From: an uncultured bacterium
GTDB lineage: Bacteria > Bacillota > Clostridia > Christensenellales > HGM11417
Assembly (NCBI GenBank): GCA_905215695.1
Contig: CAJMQN010000002.1
Location: 134,610 to 198,609 of the forward strand
Length of the DNA stretch: 64,000 nt
Direction of reading: 5' to 3'
A program made the position numbers and the translations under genes. The first letter of the stretch is position 1. The number at the start of each line of letters is the position of its first letter. Under the pieces are notes generated by a model. The model was not told the origin of the DNA and ran no database searches. It saw only the letters and a program-made list of their open reading frames with translations. Of the stretch, positions 8,368-16,688 are shown in pieces.

Positions 8368-9807
8368 TTATTTCTTCTTGGGGGGCTCGGGCTTTTCCGG
8401 AGGTTCCGGGGTTTTGCCCTTCTCCGTGCCGAGGTACTCGGGGAGTTTCATTCCCGCCATGTCGAACATCTCGTTCAAGGGCGGTATCGACTTTAAGAGC
8501 GAGGACACGAAGTTGCTCGTCGCAGAGCCGCCCTCCTTGCCGTTCGCGCCGCCGTCCCAAACCGTAATCTTGTCGATCTTCAGGTTCTTGATTGCCTCGA
8601 CCTGCGTCTTGACGAGATTCTCGATCTTGTCCGAAATCATCATCTTGACCGCCGCGTCTGCGTTGCCGCCCGCCGCTTCCACGATGTTACGGAAACCTTC
8701 CGCCTGCTTGTTCAGCATCTCCTCGATACCGCGAGCCTCAGCCTCCATCTTCGCAAAGATAGCGTCCGCCTCGCCTCGCGCCGTGCGCCGAAGCATCTCC
8801 GCTTCCGCCTCCGCGGCAATCTCCTTCTGACGCTTGTCGATGTCCGCTTTGACGATAACGTCCGCCTCCAAGGTCGCCTTCTGTTTCTCCGCACGCGCCT
8901 GCTCTGCGAGCTGTTCCGCCGCGTAGGATTCCTCGAGCGCCTTTGCCGCGGCAATCTTTTCCGCCGCGGTCGCGCGGCGCATGGATTCCGCTTCGACTTC
9001 CCGCCTGTCCGCGTTTGACTGTGAAATCTTTGCGAGCGCTTCGTTTTCGCCCGCGACGGCGTTCTGGTTCGCGTCCGCGACGTTGATACGCTGGTCCTTC
9101 ATGGCGTTCGCCTCGCCGATAGAGCCGTCCCTGTTCTTCTCCGCGACGGACTTCTTCGCGTCGTTGATTGCCTTTGCCGCCGCCTCTTTTCCGAGCGCGT
9201 CGATGTAACCCGATTCGTCGTTGATGTCCGTCACGTTGACGTTGATGAGACGAAGTCCGATCTTCTTGAGTTCGGTCTCCACGTTGTTGGAGACAGCCGC
9301 GAGGAATTTATCCCTGTCGGTGTTGATCTCCTCGATGTCCATGGTCGCGATGATGAGACGGAGCTGACCGAAAATGATGTCCTTGGCGAGCTCCTGCACT
9401 TCCGCGAGTTTCAGCCCGAGAAGGCGCTCCGCCGCGTTCTGCATAATCGCAGGTTCCGTCGAGATACCCACCGTAAACCGCGAGGGCACATCGATACGGA
9501 TATTCTGCCGGGACAGCGCGTTCTTTAAATCCACGCTGATCGAGAGCGGCGTCAAGTCCATGTACTGATACCCTTGAAAGAAGGGCCAAACCATCTTCGC
9601 GCCGCCGTGAATGCAGATAGACGACTTTTTGGAGCCGTCCGCATTCCGCTTGTGAATGTGTCCGTAGATGACCATAATCTTGTCGGACGGGCACTTCTTG
9701 TACCGCGTCGCGACGATCATGACCATCGTGATGATGAGAATGACGGCAACTACGATGATAATCGCAATCACGCCGCCGGGTGCCATACCCGCAAGCAAAT
9801 TTGTCAT
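8368..9807 (-). CDS. Flotillin-family SPFH-domain membrane scaffold protein (FloT/YuaG-like)
   Basis: N-terminal TM segment, SPFH-like region (NIRIDVPSRFTVGIS...DIEEINTDRDKF) and a long Ala/Glu-rich coiled-coil. It lies immediately downstream of an NfeD-like gene. Confidence 0.85.
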   Translation of the reverse strand: MTNLLAGMAPGGVIAIIIVVAVILIITMVMIVATRYKKCPSDKIMVIYGHIHKRNADGSKKSSICIHGGAKMVWPFFQGYQYMDLTPLSISVDLKNALSRQNIRIDVPSRFTVGISTEPAIMQNAAERLLGLKLAEVQELAKDIIFGQLRLIIATMDIEEINTDRDKFLAAVSNNVETELKKIGLRLINVNVTDINDESGYIDALGKEAAAKAINDAKKSVAEKNRDGSIGEANAMKDQRINVADANQNAVAGENEALAKISQSNADRREVEAESMRRATAAEKIAAAKALEESYAAEQLAEQARAEKQKATLEADVIVKADIDKRQKEIAAEAEAEMLRRTARGEADAIFAKMEAEARGIEEMLNKQAEGFRNIVEAAGGNADAAVKMMISDKIENLVKTQVEAIKNLKIDKITVWDGGANGKEGGSATSNFVSSLLKSIPPLNEMFDMAGMKLPEYLGTEKGKTPEPPEKPEPPKKK

Positions 9808-9843
9808 TTCTGTTTCCTTTCTCCTATTTCCCTAAAATTATCG

Positions 9844-10422
9844 TCAAATCTTCTTGACGATGATGGTCGTTTCGTCCATGACCCCCGCCACCTCGACGGC
9901 GGCGTTGGTCGGAATCGGCGATTCCTCTTCGGTGATCGCATCGTACTCTACCAAGCGGTCCTCCATGGTCACGTTTACCTTGCCCCTTCCGTTGCCCTTG
10001 CCGGGAATCGGAATATAGACGGTGCCGCGCTTTCCGACCGCGTTTCCGATGTTAATGTTGCCGTCGCTCTCGATTTTTTCAAACCATTTATAAACGAGCG
10101 CGATTAAGACAGCAACGATTGCGCCCGCAACAAAAGCGATGATGCCCGCAAGCCAGGTCGCAAGGCCGATTTCGGACATCAGCAGTCCGACCCAGCCCCC
10201 GATGGACAGGAACGCCATGATTCCCCGAAGGGAAAACAGCTTTAAGTTGAAGAGCGTCGTGCCGTCGGTCTCCACGTCCGAATCCATATCCACGTCCGCG
10301 TCGCTCGCACCCATTCCCACAAACAGCAAAATGAGCTGTATGATAAGGACGATGGTTGCGGGAATCGCGATCGAGATCATGATCTGTTCGAACAGGATCA
10401 TGCCGTTCCACCACTCTGCCAT
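9844..10422 (-). CDS. NfeD-family membrane protein (YuaF-like partner of flotillin)
   Basis: Several TM helices and a C-terminal OB-like soluble domain (GKRGTVYIPIPGKGNGRGKVNVTMEDRLVEYDAIT). GGGAGG RBS 6 nt upstream. Conserved pairing with flotillin. Confidence 0.8.
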   Translation of the reverse strand: MAEWWNGMILFEQIMISIAIPATIVLIIQLILLFVGMGASDADVDMDSDVETDGTTLFNLKLFSLRGIMAFLSIGGWVGLLMSEIGLATWLAGIIAFVAGAIVAVLIALVYKWFEKIESDGNINIGNAVGKRGTVYIPIPGKGNGRGKVNVTMEDRLVEYDAITEEESPIPTNAAVEVAGVMDETTIIVKKI

Positions 10423-10513
10423 AATGTACCTCCCATTGAAACTTTGGAAACATGTTTCGCATTATTTATAAACGGGTACAGGCTTGCGCAAACAGATTCC
10501 CGTCCGATACCAC

Positions 10514-10542
10514 ATTGTACCATATCCCCGAGGGTTTGTAAA
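10514..10542 (-). promoter_or_regulatory. Candidate sigma-A promoter for nfeD-flotillin operon
   Basis: Minus strand TTTACA-17 nt-TACAAT with extended -10 (TGgTACAAT). Confidence 0.5.
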
Positions 10543-10600
10543 TACCTCGTACATATTTTATGCGCCGACCGCGCACACTATCCACTACGGAGGTATTTCC

Positions 10601-10753
10601 ATGAAAGATTATGAAAAACGATTCGTCAACAAGTACTCCCCCGCCATGGAGGACGATGAGGAAGAGGAACCCCTCTACTGTATGATCTCCCCCACCGACG
10701 AGGACGCAAGAGAGGGCAGGGACGACCACACCGTCTGCTCCAATCGCTCATAG
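10601..10753 (+). CDS. Hypothetical small acidic protein (50 aa)
   Basis: ATG preceded by ACGGAGG at 7-nt spacing. MKDYEKRFVNKYSPAMEDDEEEEPLYCMISPTDEDAREGRDDHTVCSNRS. No recognisable family. Confidence 0.35.
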   Translation: MKDYEKRFVNKYSPAMEDDEEEEPLYCMISPTDEDAREGRDDHTVCSNRS

Positions 10754-10786
10754 TACGTTTATTTTTGCTTTTTTTTGCCTGAACGG

Positions 10787-10814
10787 TTGATTTTTTCCAA
10801 AACGATGCTATAAT
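10787..10814 (+). promoter_or_regulatory. Candidate sigma-A promoter for small membrane protein gene
   Basis: TTGATT-16 nt-TATAAT with extended -10 (TGcTATAAT). Confidence 0.5.
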
Positions 10815-10846
10815 AGTAATAACGAATTTTTAGGGAGGCATCGGCT

Positions 10847-11068
10847 ATGGCAAAGAAAGGCGATTACTTCGGTCTGAGCTATCTCGTCAGCGTAATTCTC
10901 GCAATTATTCCGATTACTTCGGCAGTTTGCGGTATCGTTACGAGATTCTCGGAAGGTAAAATTCTCGCCGGAATTCTCCGCATTATCCTTGGCTGGAATA
11001 TCATCTGGATTGCAGATTTGGTCCTCATGATTGTCAGCAAACATATCCTGCGGATTATTCCCCTCTAA
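10847..11068 (+). CDS. Hypothetical small two-TM membrane protein (73 aa)
   Basis: AGGGAGG RBS and two hydrophobic helices (LSYLVSVILAIIPITSAVCGIV, ILRIILGWNIIWIADLVLMIV). It is bracketed by its own promoter and terminator. Confidence 0.55.
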   Translation: MAKKGDYFGLSYLVSVILAIIPITSAVCGIVTRFSEGKILAGILRIILGWNIIWIADLVLMIVSKHILRIIPL

Positions 11069-11076
11069 AGAAAAAT

Positions 11077-11103
11077 CGGCTTTCTTTCGAAAGCCGTTTT
11101 TTT
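11077..11103. terminator. Intrinsic terminator between convergent genes
   Basis: cggctttc-tttc-gaaagccg (8-bp stem) followed by T7. Confidence 0.7.
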
Positions 11104-11611
11104 ATAGCGTTTTCAAAAAAAGTTTCCCGTTGTCCGCGAGCGCGTAGCCGCGGGACGTTCCGCCTTTGGGCAGGGAGACCGAACCCGGATTTAAGAGCGT
11201 TATCCCCTCCCGTTCGCCCAGAAAGGATACATGCGTATGCCCTTGGCAAAACACGCTGTTTTCGGGCAGAGGCGGGAGCGCGTCGAAACTCTCTGCGTCG
11301 CCGTGGCAGAAATAGAAGTGCCGACCGTCCGCAAAAATTCGCGCGTTTTTCACGACGGGAAACTGCGAAACCATGAGGTCAACGTCGCTGTCGCAGTTGC
11401 CGCGCAGGACGAGCAACCGCTCCCGACGCGCGTTTAGAAGTTCCGCAACTTCAAGGGAGGCATAACCCTCCGGAAGCGGGTTGCGCACGCCGTGATAGTA
11501 GAGGTCGCCGAGGAGCACCAAAAGCTCCGCTTGCTCCCGGTCGAAGGCGGCGAGCAATTCTCTTGTAAACTTTGCCGAACCGTGCAGGTCGGACGCAATC
11601 AGAAATTTCAT
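11102..11611 (-). CDS. YfcE/MJ0936-type metallophosphoesterase (169 aa)
   Basis: MKFLIASDLHGS..., LGDLYYHG, GNCD and GHTH metallophosphoesterase motifs. The start is moved to ATG 11611 because the track extension (to 11794) runs through the fucI terminator. Confidence 0.8.
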   Translation of the reverse strand: MKFLIASDLHGSAKFTRELLAAFDREQAELLVLLGDLYYHGVRNPLPEGYASLEVAELLNARRERLLVLRGNCDSDVDLMVSQFPVVKNARIFADGRHFYFCHGDAESFDALPPLPENSVFCQGHTHVSFLGEREGITLLNPGSVSLPKGGTSRGYALADNGKLFLKTL

Positions 11612-11651
11612 GTTTTTATTATACCCCAATCGCCGCTTTTTGGCAAATAAA

Positions 11652-11677
11652 AGACCGGTTTCCGAAGAAACCGGTCT
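11652..11677 (-). terminator. Intrinsic terminator downstream of fucI
   Basis: agaccggtttc-cgaa-gaaaccggtct (11-bp stem), flanked by A/T runs on both sides. It starts 5 nt after the fucI stop. Confidence 0.75.
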
Positions 11678-11681
11678 TTTT

Positions 11682-13454
11682 TTACTTGTACAGCGGACCG
11701 TAGGCGGCGCAGGCGCGGTAGTCCGCTCCCTCCGCGTCCTTCGTACCGAATGCGCAGAAGGCGTGCGGACGATAGATGTCTTTGTCCGCCACATTGTGCA
11801 AAGAGACCGGAATCCGGAACATGCTCGCGAGAGTCAAAAGGTCTTTGCCCACGTGACCGTACACGAACGCGCCGTGGTTCGCGCCCCAGTTCGCCATGAC
11901 ATTATATACGCTCGAGAACGCGTTGGTCTCGTTCAGACGCGGGACGAACCAAGTCGAGGGCCAAGTACGGTCGGTGCGGTCCAAAAGAGTCTTGTTTACC
12001 TTTTCGGGGAGATCGACCGTCCACCCCTCCGCAACCTGCATGGTGTAGCCGATTCCGTCAACCATGTTCACGCGAATGAGCGTGACGGGCATTTCGCCCT
12101 CCGTCGAGAAGGTGCTCGAGAATCCGCCGCCCCGGAAGTATCCGCGGTTCGCCGGCGAAAATTCGGTCGCCTTGAGCATAGCGGAGATGTCCTTATCCGT
12201 GACTTCCCACCATTTTTTCATGACCGAATTGCCCTTTTCGTCCTTGCTCGCGCCCGTGCCGTCCAACGCCGCCGCGCCCGAGTTGATCAGGTGCATAAAT
12301 CCGTCTTTTGCCTTGCCGTCCGCCTTCCAGCCCGTCACGCGCTCGACTGCCTTCGGACTCCAATAGGTGCGCACGTCCGCAAACACGCTTGCGCGCCCCG
12401 TCAAAAGCGTCGCGAACAGCATCGCAAGCCCGTTGCAGTTGTCGCTCTCCGTCGCCAAAATGATGGGCTGTTTCTTGCCGTTCCAGTCGAAGGTGCTATT
12501 TAAAATCGCCTCGGTGTAGTCGCCGTTCGGCTTATAGTCCGTCCACATGCGCTGTCCTTGGAAGCCCGCAAAGATTGCGTTTCTGCCGAGTGCCTCCTCG
12601 TGCCGCCCGATGTCGTTCAGCTTGTCGTTGCCGAGCATGATGTCTTTGATGATGAGGGTCATCTTTGCGACAAATTCCCACTGCGCGTCCAATTCCTCGC
12701 GGGTAAAGTCCTTCTGCTCCCAGATGCCGCCGTTGTGGTCTTTGCCTTCCTTGCAGTTCTTTTTGATCCAGGCGAGTTCCTTTTCGTACTCCGCCTTGTC
12801 GTAGATTTCGAGGTCTATCCGGCGCAGAATTTCGGTCATGTCCACCCATTCGGCACGGATTCCGAAGTACTTTTGCATGAGGTTCGCGTCGAGGAAGGAG
12901 CCGCCGATGCCCATCGCCACCGAGCCGATTGAGACATACGCTTTGTTGCGCATCTGCCCCACAGCGAGCGCGCACCGCGCAAAGCGCAAAATCTTTTCCT
13001 CCACATCCGGCGTGATGCCCGAATCCCCGACGTCCTGCACGTCCTCGCCGTAGATCGCAAACGCCGGAAGCCCTCTCTGCGCGTGCGCCGCCATGCACGC
13101 CGCGAGATACACCGCGCCCGGGCGCTCCGTGCCGTTAAAGCCCCATACCGCTTTCGTGGTGAGAGGATTTAAGTCCATTGTCTCCGAGCCGTAGCACCAG
13201 CAGGGCGTCACGGACAGCGTCGCCGTCACGTTCTGCGTCGCGAAATACTGCTCGCACTCGTACGCTTCCTTTCCTCCGCCTATGGTGCAGGGGGATACCA
13301 CGACCTCTGCGGGCGTGCCGTCCGCGTAAAATACGTTCTCTTCAATGAGCTTCTTGGCGTCCGCCGCCATCTTCATGGTCTGCGCCTCGAGCCCCTCGCG
13401 GATTCCGCCCCAACGACCGTCAATGCACGGTCTGATTCCGATTCTCGGTTTCAT
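11682..13454 (-). CDS. fucI: L-fucose isomerase (590 aa)
   Basis: MKPRIGIRPCIDGRWGGIREGLEAQTMKMA... and a length of about 590 aa match FucI. The start at ATG 13454 forms an ATGA overlap with the fucU stop. Confidence 0.9.
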   Translation of the reverse strand: MKPRIGIRPCIDGRWGGIREGLEAQTMKMAADAKKLIEENVFYADGTPAEVVVSPCTIGGGKEAYECEQYFATQNVTATLSVTPCWCYGSETMDLNPLTTKAVWGFNGTERPGAVYLAACMAAHAQRGLPAFAIYGEDVQDVGDSGITPDVEEKILRFARCALAVGQMRNKAYVSIGSVAMGIGGSFLDANLMQKYFGIRAEWVDMTEILRRIDLEIYDKAEYEKELAWIKKNCKEGKDHNGGIWEQKDFTREELDAQWEFVAKMTLIIKDIMLGNDKLNDIGRHEEALGRNAIFAGFQGQRMWTDYKPNGDYTEAILNSTFDWNGKKQPIILATESDNCNGLAMLFATLLTGRASVFADVRTYWSPKAVERVTGWKADGKAKDGFMHLINSGAAALDGTGASKDEKGNSVMKKWWEVTDKDISAMLKATEFSPANRGYFRGGGFSSTFSTEGEMPVTLIRVNMVDGIGYTMQVAEGWTVDLPEKVNKTLLDRTDRTWPSTWFVPRLNETNAFSSVYNVMANWGANHGAFVYGHVGKDLLTLASMFRIPVSLHNVADKDIYRPHAFCAFGTKDAEGADYRACAAYGPLYK

Positions 13455-13873
13455 ACGATTACTCCTTTCTTTAAAATAATATTTGCATAGAGCGCGCCTT
13501 CCCCGGTCGCCACGACCGCGTATGCGCTCTTCGCCCTCTCGTAAAATGCGAAACGCTCCTCCTGCCCGAGCCGGAAGTTCGGATCCGCGGAGGCGATTCG
13601 CTTGTAGTCCTCCCAAATGACGGGTTTCACGTTATCCCCCGGCACCACCTGCATGAGAATAAAATTTTCCTTGGAGTAGCTATCCAACGGAAACAGCTCT
13701 AAAATCGCGGAGAGCAGTTCGCAGACTGCGTGACCGTCCGCCCGCACCACGCGCTTTCCGTAATTCTCGCTCGGAAAATTGCCGTCCGCCAGCACCAATT
13801 CGTCCCCGTGCCCCATCTCGCTTAAGATCTTCAGAAGCTCGGGAGATATGATCTTGGGTATCCCTTTGAGCAT
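13451..13873 (-). CDS. fucU: L-fucose mutarotase (RbsD/FucU family)
   Basis: MLKGIPKIISPELLKILSEMGHGDELVLADGNFP is a typical FucU N-terminus. 140 aa, and translationally coupled to fucI. Confidence 0.85.
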   Translation of the reverse strand: MLKGIPKIISPELLKILSEMGHGDELVLADGNFPSENYGKRVVRADGHAVCELLSAILELFPLDSYSKENFILMQVVPGDNVKPVIWEDYKRIASADPNFRLGQEERFAFYERAKSAYAVVATGEGALYANIILKKGVIV

Positions 13874-13899
13874 ATGCCTTTCCTCCTTTTTCCAATGCT

Positions 13900-13928
13900 A
13901 TCATACCGCCTTTTGAATTGGATTACAA
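13900..13928 (-). promoter_or_regulatory. Candidate sigma-A promoter for fucU-fucI
   Basis: Minus strand TTGTAA-17 nt-TATGAT, followed by AAAGGAGGAAAGG RBS. Confidence 0.5.
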
Positions 13929-14047
13929 TACAATTTTTTGTACATTATTTTGTGCAAGATTCTGCAATTTACTTGCGGTGGACAAAAATCTGTGCTACAC
14001 TGAAGAAAAAGGGAGGGAGGCAGACCGTTTTGAGAGAAAAACACCGC

Positions 14048-14881
14048 ATGGATACCGAGGAACTCCGGCACTTCACCTTTTCCAAAAAATTCGCAAGGTC
14101 TTTAAAACCGAAATTCGTGTACAGCGGCGTGCTCAAAAAACAGCCGGGTTGGGAGGCGGCGGAACACCGGCACGGGGCTTGCGAAATACTCTATATCCGT
14201 TCGGGTTCGGGGCGGGTGCGCGCGGCGGGGACGGAATTTGCCGTCCGGAGCGGCGACCTCGTTGTCTATGACCCCGGGGTCGTCCACAGCGAATACTCCG
14301 CGCCCGACGACCCCATCGAAACCCTGTTCGTTGCCGCTGCGGGCATTCGGCTGCACGGACTCGAACCCGGGAGACTGCTCTCACCGGGCGCGTCCCCCGT
14401 GATTCCCGCGGGAGAATACCGGGAATTCTTCGGTGAACTCTTTTCCCGTCTTGTCGAGGAGACCGAAAAAAAATCCCTCTTTTTTAAGGAGATTGCGGAA
14501 AACCTGCTATCCTCTATCATTCATCTTCTGCTTCGCATTTCCGTGCAGAATACGGACTTTGAGGAAATCAACGACGTCTATTATCGGGTAAAAAACTTTC
14601 TTGACGAAAATTTCGCCGAAAAATTGACCCTCGACGGACTATGCGAGACTTTTTTTGTCTCAAAATCCTACCTCTCGCACATCTTTAAGGAGCTGAACGG
14701 GGATTCCCCCATGCACTACCTCGCCGCCGTCCGGCTGAAAGCGGCGAAACATCTTTTGCGGGAGACGGAACTCCCGGTTCGGGAGATCGCGGAACGCGCG
14801 GGCTATCCCGACGCATGTTACTTCTGTCGGGTCTTTCGACAGACAGAAGGGTGCACGCCCGGGGAATTCCGCAAGCAATAG
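14048..14881 (+). CDS. AraC-family transcriptional regulator (cupin sensor + HTH), probable fucose-operon regulator
   Basis: C-terminal AraC HTH (SKSYLSHIFKELNGDSPMHYLAAVRLKAAKHLLRETELPVREIAERAGYPDACYFCRVFRQ) and an N-terminal cupin-like region. The start is uncertain: ATG 14048, or TTG 14030 which sits 9 nt after GGGAGGGAGG. Confidence 0.8.
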   Translation: MDTEELRHFTFSKKFARSLKPKFVYSGVLKKQPGWEAAEHRHGACEILYIRSGSGRVRAAGTEFAVRSGDLVVYDPGVVHSEYSAPDDPIETLFVAAAGIRLHGLEPGRLLSPGASPVIPAGEYREFFGELFSRLVEETEKKSLFFKEIAENLLSSIIHLLLRISVQNTDFEEINDVYYRVKNFLDENFAEKLTLDGLCETFFVSKSYLSHIFKELNGDSPMHYLAAVRLKAAKHLLRETELPVREIAERAGYPDACYFCRVFRQTEGCTPGEFRKQ

Positions 14882-14992
14882 GAAAGAGATTCCAAAATCA
14901 TACCGTTCGCGCAGAAAAAGAAAAAATACGGTGTTTCAGCCCGCGTCAAAAGGTTTATAATCAATTTAGTAAAAACAGGAGGTAACGGCTCT

Positions 14993-15148
14993 ATGAAATA
15001 CGTTTGCGAAGTCTGCGGCTATGTTTACGACGAGGCCGCGGGAGACCCCGACAATGGGATTGCGCCCGGCACCAAGTGGGAAAATCTCCCCGAGGATTGG
15101 GTTTGCCCGCTCTGCGGCGTCGGAAAAGATCAGTTCAGCCAAGAATAA
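14993..15148 (+). CDS. Rubredoxin (51 aa; below ORF-track size cutoff)
   Basis: Hand translation gives [51 protein letters not shown], with the two CxxCG knuckles. AGGAGG RBS at 14977-14982. A terminator follows. Confidence 0.9.
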   Translation: MKYVCEVCGYVYDEAAGDPDNGIAPGTKWENLPEDWVCPLCGVGKDQFSQE

Positions 15149-15152
15149 CAAA

Positions 15153-15178
15153 ACGCTCCCTAAACGGGAGCGTTTTTC
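15153..15178 (+). terminator. Intrinsic terminator after rubredoxin
   Basis: acgctccc-taaac-gggagcgt (8-bp stem) followed by T5. Confidence 0.7.
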
Positions 15179-15223
15179 TTATTTCAATGCGAAATATTTT
15201 TTACAACGTACTACATTTCGTAT

Positions 15224-15262
15224 AAAAAAACTGAAACGGAGGATTACTCCGTTTCAGTTTTT
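15224..15262. terminator. Bidirectional intrinsic terminator (ends the tuf-tRNA transcript on the minus strand)
   Basis: ctgaaacgga-ggattac-tccgtttcag (10-bp stem) with A7 on one side and a T-run on the other. Confidence 0.75.
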
Positions 15263-15338
15263 TGGTGGAGATAGTCGGCCTCGAACCGGCGACCTCATGA
15301 ATGCCATTCATGCGCTCTACCAACTGAGCTATACCCCC
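15263..15338 (-). tRNA. tRNA-Ala (anticodon GGC), CCA encoded
   Basis: The reverse complement reads GGGGGTA TA GCTC AGTTGGTA GAGC G CATGA AT-GGC-AT TCATG AGGTC GCCGG TTCGAGG CCGAC TATCTCC A CCA. The acceptor stem has the G3:U70 Ala identity pair. The T stem has one C:A mismatch. Confidence 0.85.
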
Positions 15339-15388
15339 ATGACGCTCCGGTTTCCCGGAGCGCAGACGCTTTGCGTCAAATTTTAAAT

Positions 15389-16603
15389 TTACGCCTTGAT
15401 CTTCGAGACAACGCCGGAGCCAACCGTACGACCGCCCTCGCGGATAGCGAAACGGAGTCCCTCTTCGATAGCGATAGGCGTGATGAGCTTCACGTCGATG
15501 TTCGTGTTGTCTCCGGGCATGATCATCTCAACTCCAGGAGCCAACGTGATCGCACCGGTAACGTCCGTCGTTCTGAAGTAGAACTGGGGACGGTAGTTGT
15601 TGAAGAACGGAGTATGACGACCGCCCTCTTCCTTGGTCAGAACGTAAACCTGCGCCGTGAACTCGGTATGAGGATGGATACTTCCGGGTTTCGCAAGAAC
15701 CTGTCCTCTCTCGATTTCGTCACGGTTGACGCCACGGAGAAGAGCTCCTACGTTGTCGCCCGCAACAGCCTGATCCAAAAGCTTACGGAACATCTCAAGT
15801 CCGGTAACGACGACCGCGCGCGCCTTGTCCGTCAGACCGACGATTTCAACGGTATCGTTGACCTTCGCCGTTCCTCTCTCGACACGGCCCGTCGCAACAG
15901 TGCCACGTCCGGAAATCGTGAAGACGTCCTCAACAGGCATCAGGAAGGGCTTGTCCGCGTCACGCTGCGGGTCGGGAATATAGCTGTCGATCGCGTCCAA
16001 CAGTTCGCGGATGCAGTCCAGCTTCGGGTCAACCTTGAGCTCGTCCGCGCTCTCCTTCTGGCAAGCCTCGAGAGCCTGGAACGCCGAACCCTTGATGATC
16101 GGGGTCGTGTCGCCCGGGAAGTTGTACTGGGTCAGCAGTTCGCGGATTTCCATCTCAACCAGCTCGGCGAGCTCCGGATCCGCCTGATCCATCTTGTTCA
16201 TGAATACGATGATATACGGAACGCCGACCTGACGCGCGAGCAGAATGTGCTCTCTCGTCTGGGGCATCGGTCCGTCCGTCGCCGCAACGACCAAAATCGC
16301 GCCGTCCATCTGCGCCGCACCCGTGATCATGTTCTTGACATAGTCCGCGTGCCCGGGGCAGTCAACGTGAGCGTAGTGACGCTTCTCGGTCTGATACTCG
16401 ACGTGCGCAGTGTTGATCGTGATTCCGCGTGCCTTCTCCTCCGGCGCGCTGTCGATCTGATCGTATTTCTTCGCCTCGGCGAGTCCCTGCGCTGCGCAGT
16501 ACATCGTGATTGCCGCCGTCAACGTGGTCTTGCCGTGGTCAACGTGGCCGATCGTGCCGATGTTCACGTGCGGCTTGCTTCTGTCAAATTTTGCCTTTGC
16601 CAT
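15389..16603 (-). CDS. tuf: Translation elongation factor Tu
   Basis: [33 protein letters not shown], plus DCPGH and NKMD G-domain motifs. Confidence 0.98.
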   Translation of the reverse strand: MAKAKFDRSKPHVNIGTIGHVDHGKTTLTAAITMYCAAQGLAEAKKYDQIDSAPEEKARGITINTAHVEYQTEKRHYAHVDCPGHADYVKNMITGAAQMDGAILVVAATDGPMPQTREHILLARQVGVPYIIVFMNKMDQADPELAELVEMEIRELLTQYNFPGDTTPIIKGSAFQALEACQKESADELKVDPKLDCIRELLDAIDSYIPDPQRDADKPFLMPVEDVFTISGRGTVATGRVERGTAKVNDTVEIVGLTDKARAVVVTGLEMFRKLLDQAVAGDNVGALLRGVNRDEIERGQVLAKPGSIHPHTEFTAQVYVLTKEEGGRHTPFFNNYRPQFYFRTTDVTGAITLAPGVEMIMPGDNTNIDVKLITPIAIEEGLRFAIREGGRTVGSGVVSKIKA

Positions 16604-16655
16604 GTTTCTGTTCCTCCGTTTCTTTTTAGGTGGTTTTTATTTGTATTACAATGCT

Positions 16656-16684
16656 ATTCTATCAATTTTAAGCGGCTTTGTCAA
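16656..16684 (-). promoter_or_regulatory. Candidate internal sigma-A promoter for tuf
   Basis: Minus strand TTGACA-17 nt-TAGAAT with extended -10 (TGaTAGAAT), in the 85-nt fusA-tuf spacer. Confidence 0.55.
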
Positions 16685-16688
16685 CTGC

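Noticed and set aside
8371-8412. Pro/Glu/Lys-rich C-terminus of flotillin (TPEPPEKPEPPKKK), considered as a third copy of the KPEEPEK signal
   Set aside because: It lacks the GCG motif, the Gly-rich spacer and the TM helix. The resemblance is compositional only.
15339-15388. Hairpin gctccgg-gaaa-ccggagc between tuf and tRNA-Ala, considered as a tuf terminator
   Set aside because: No U-run follows it on the minus strand. It is more likely a processing or structural element, and the real terminator lies after the tRNA.
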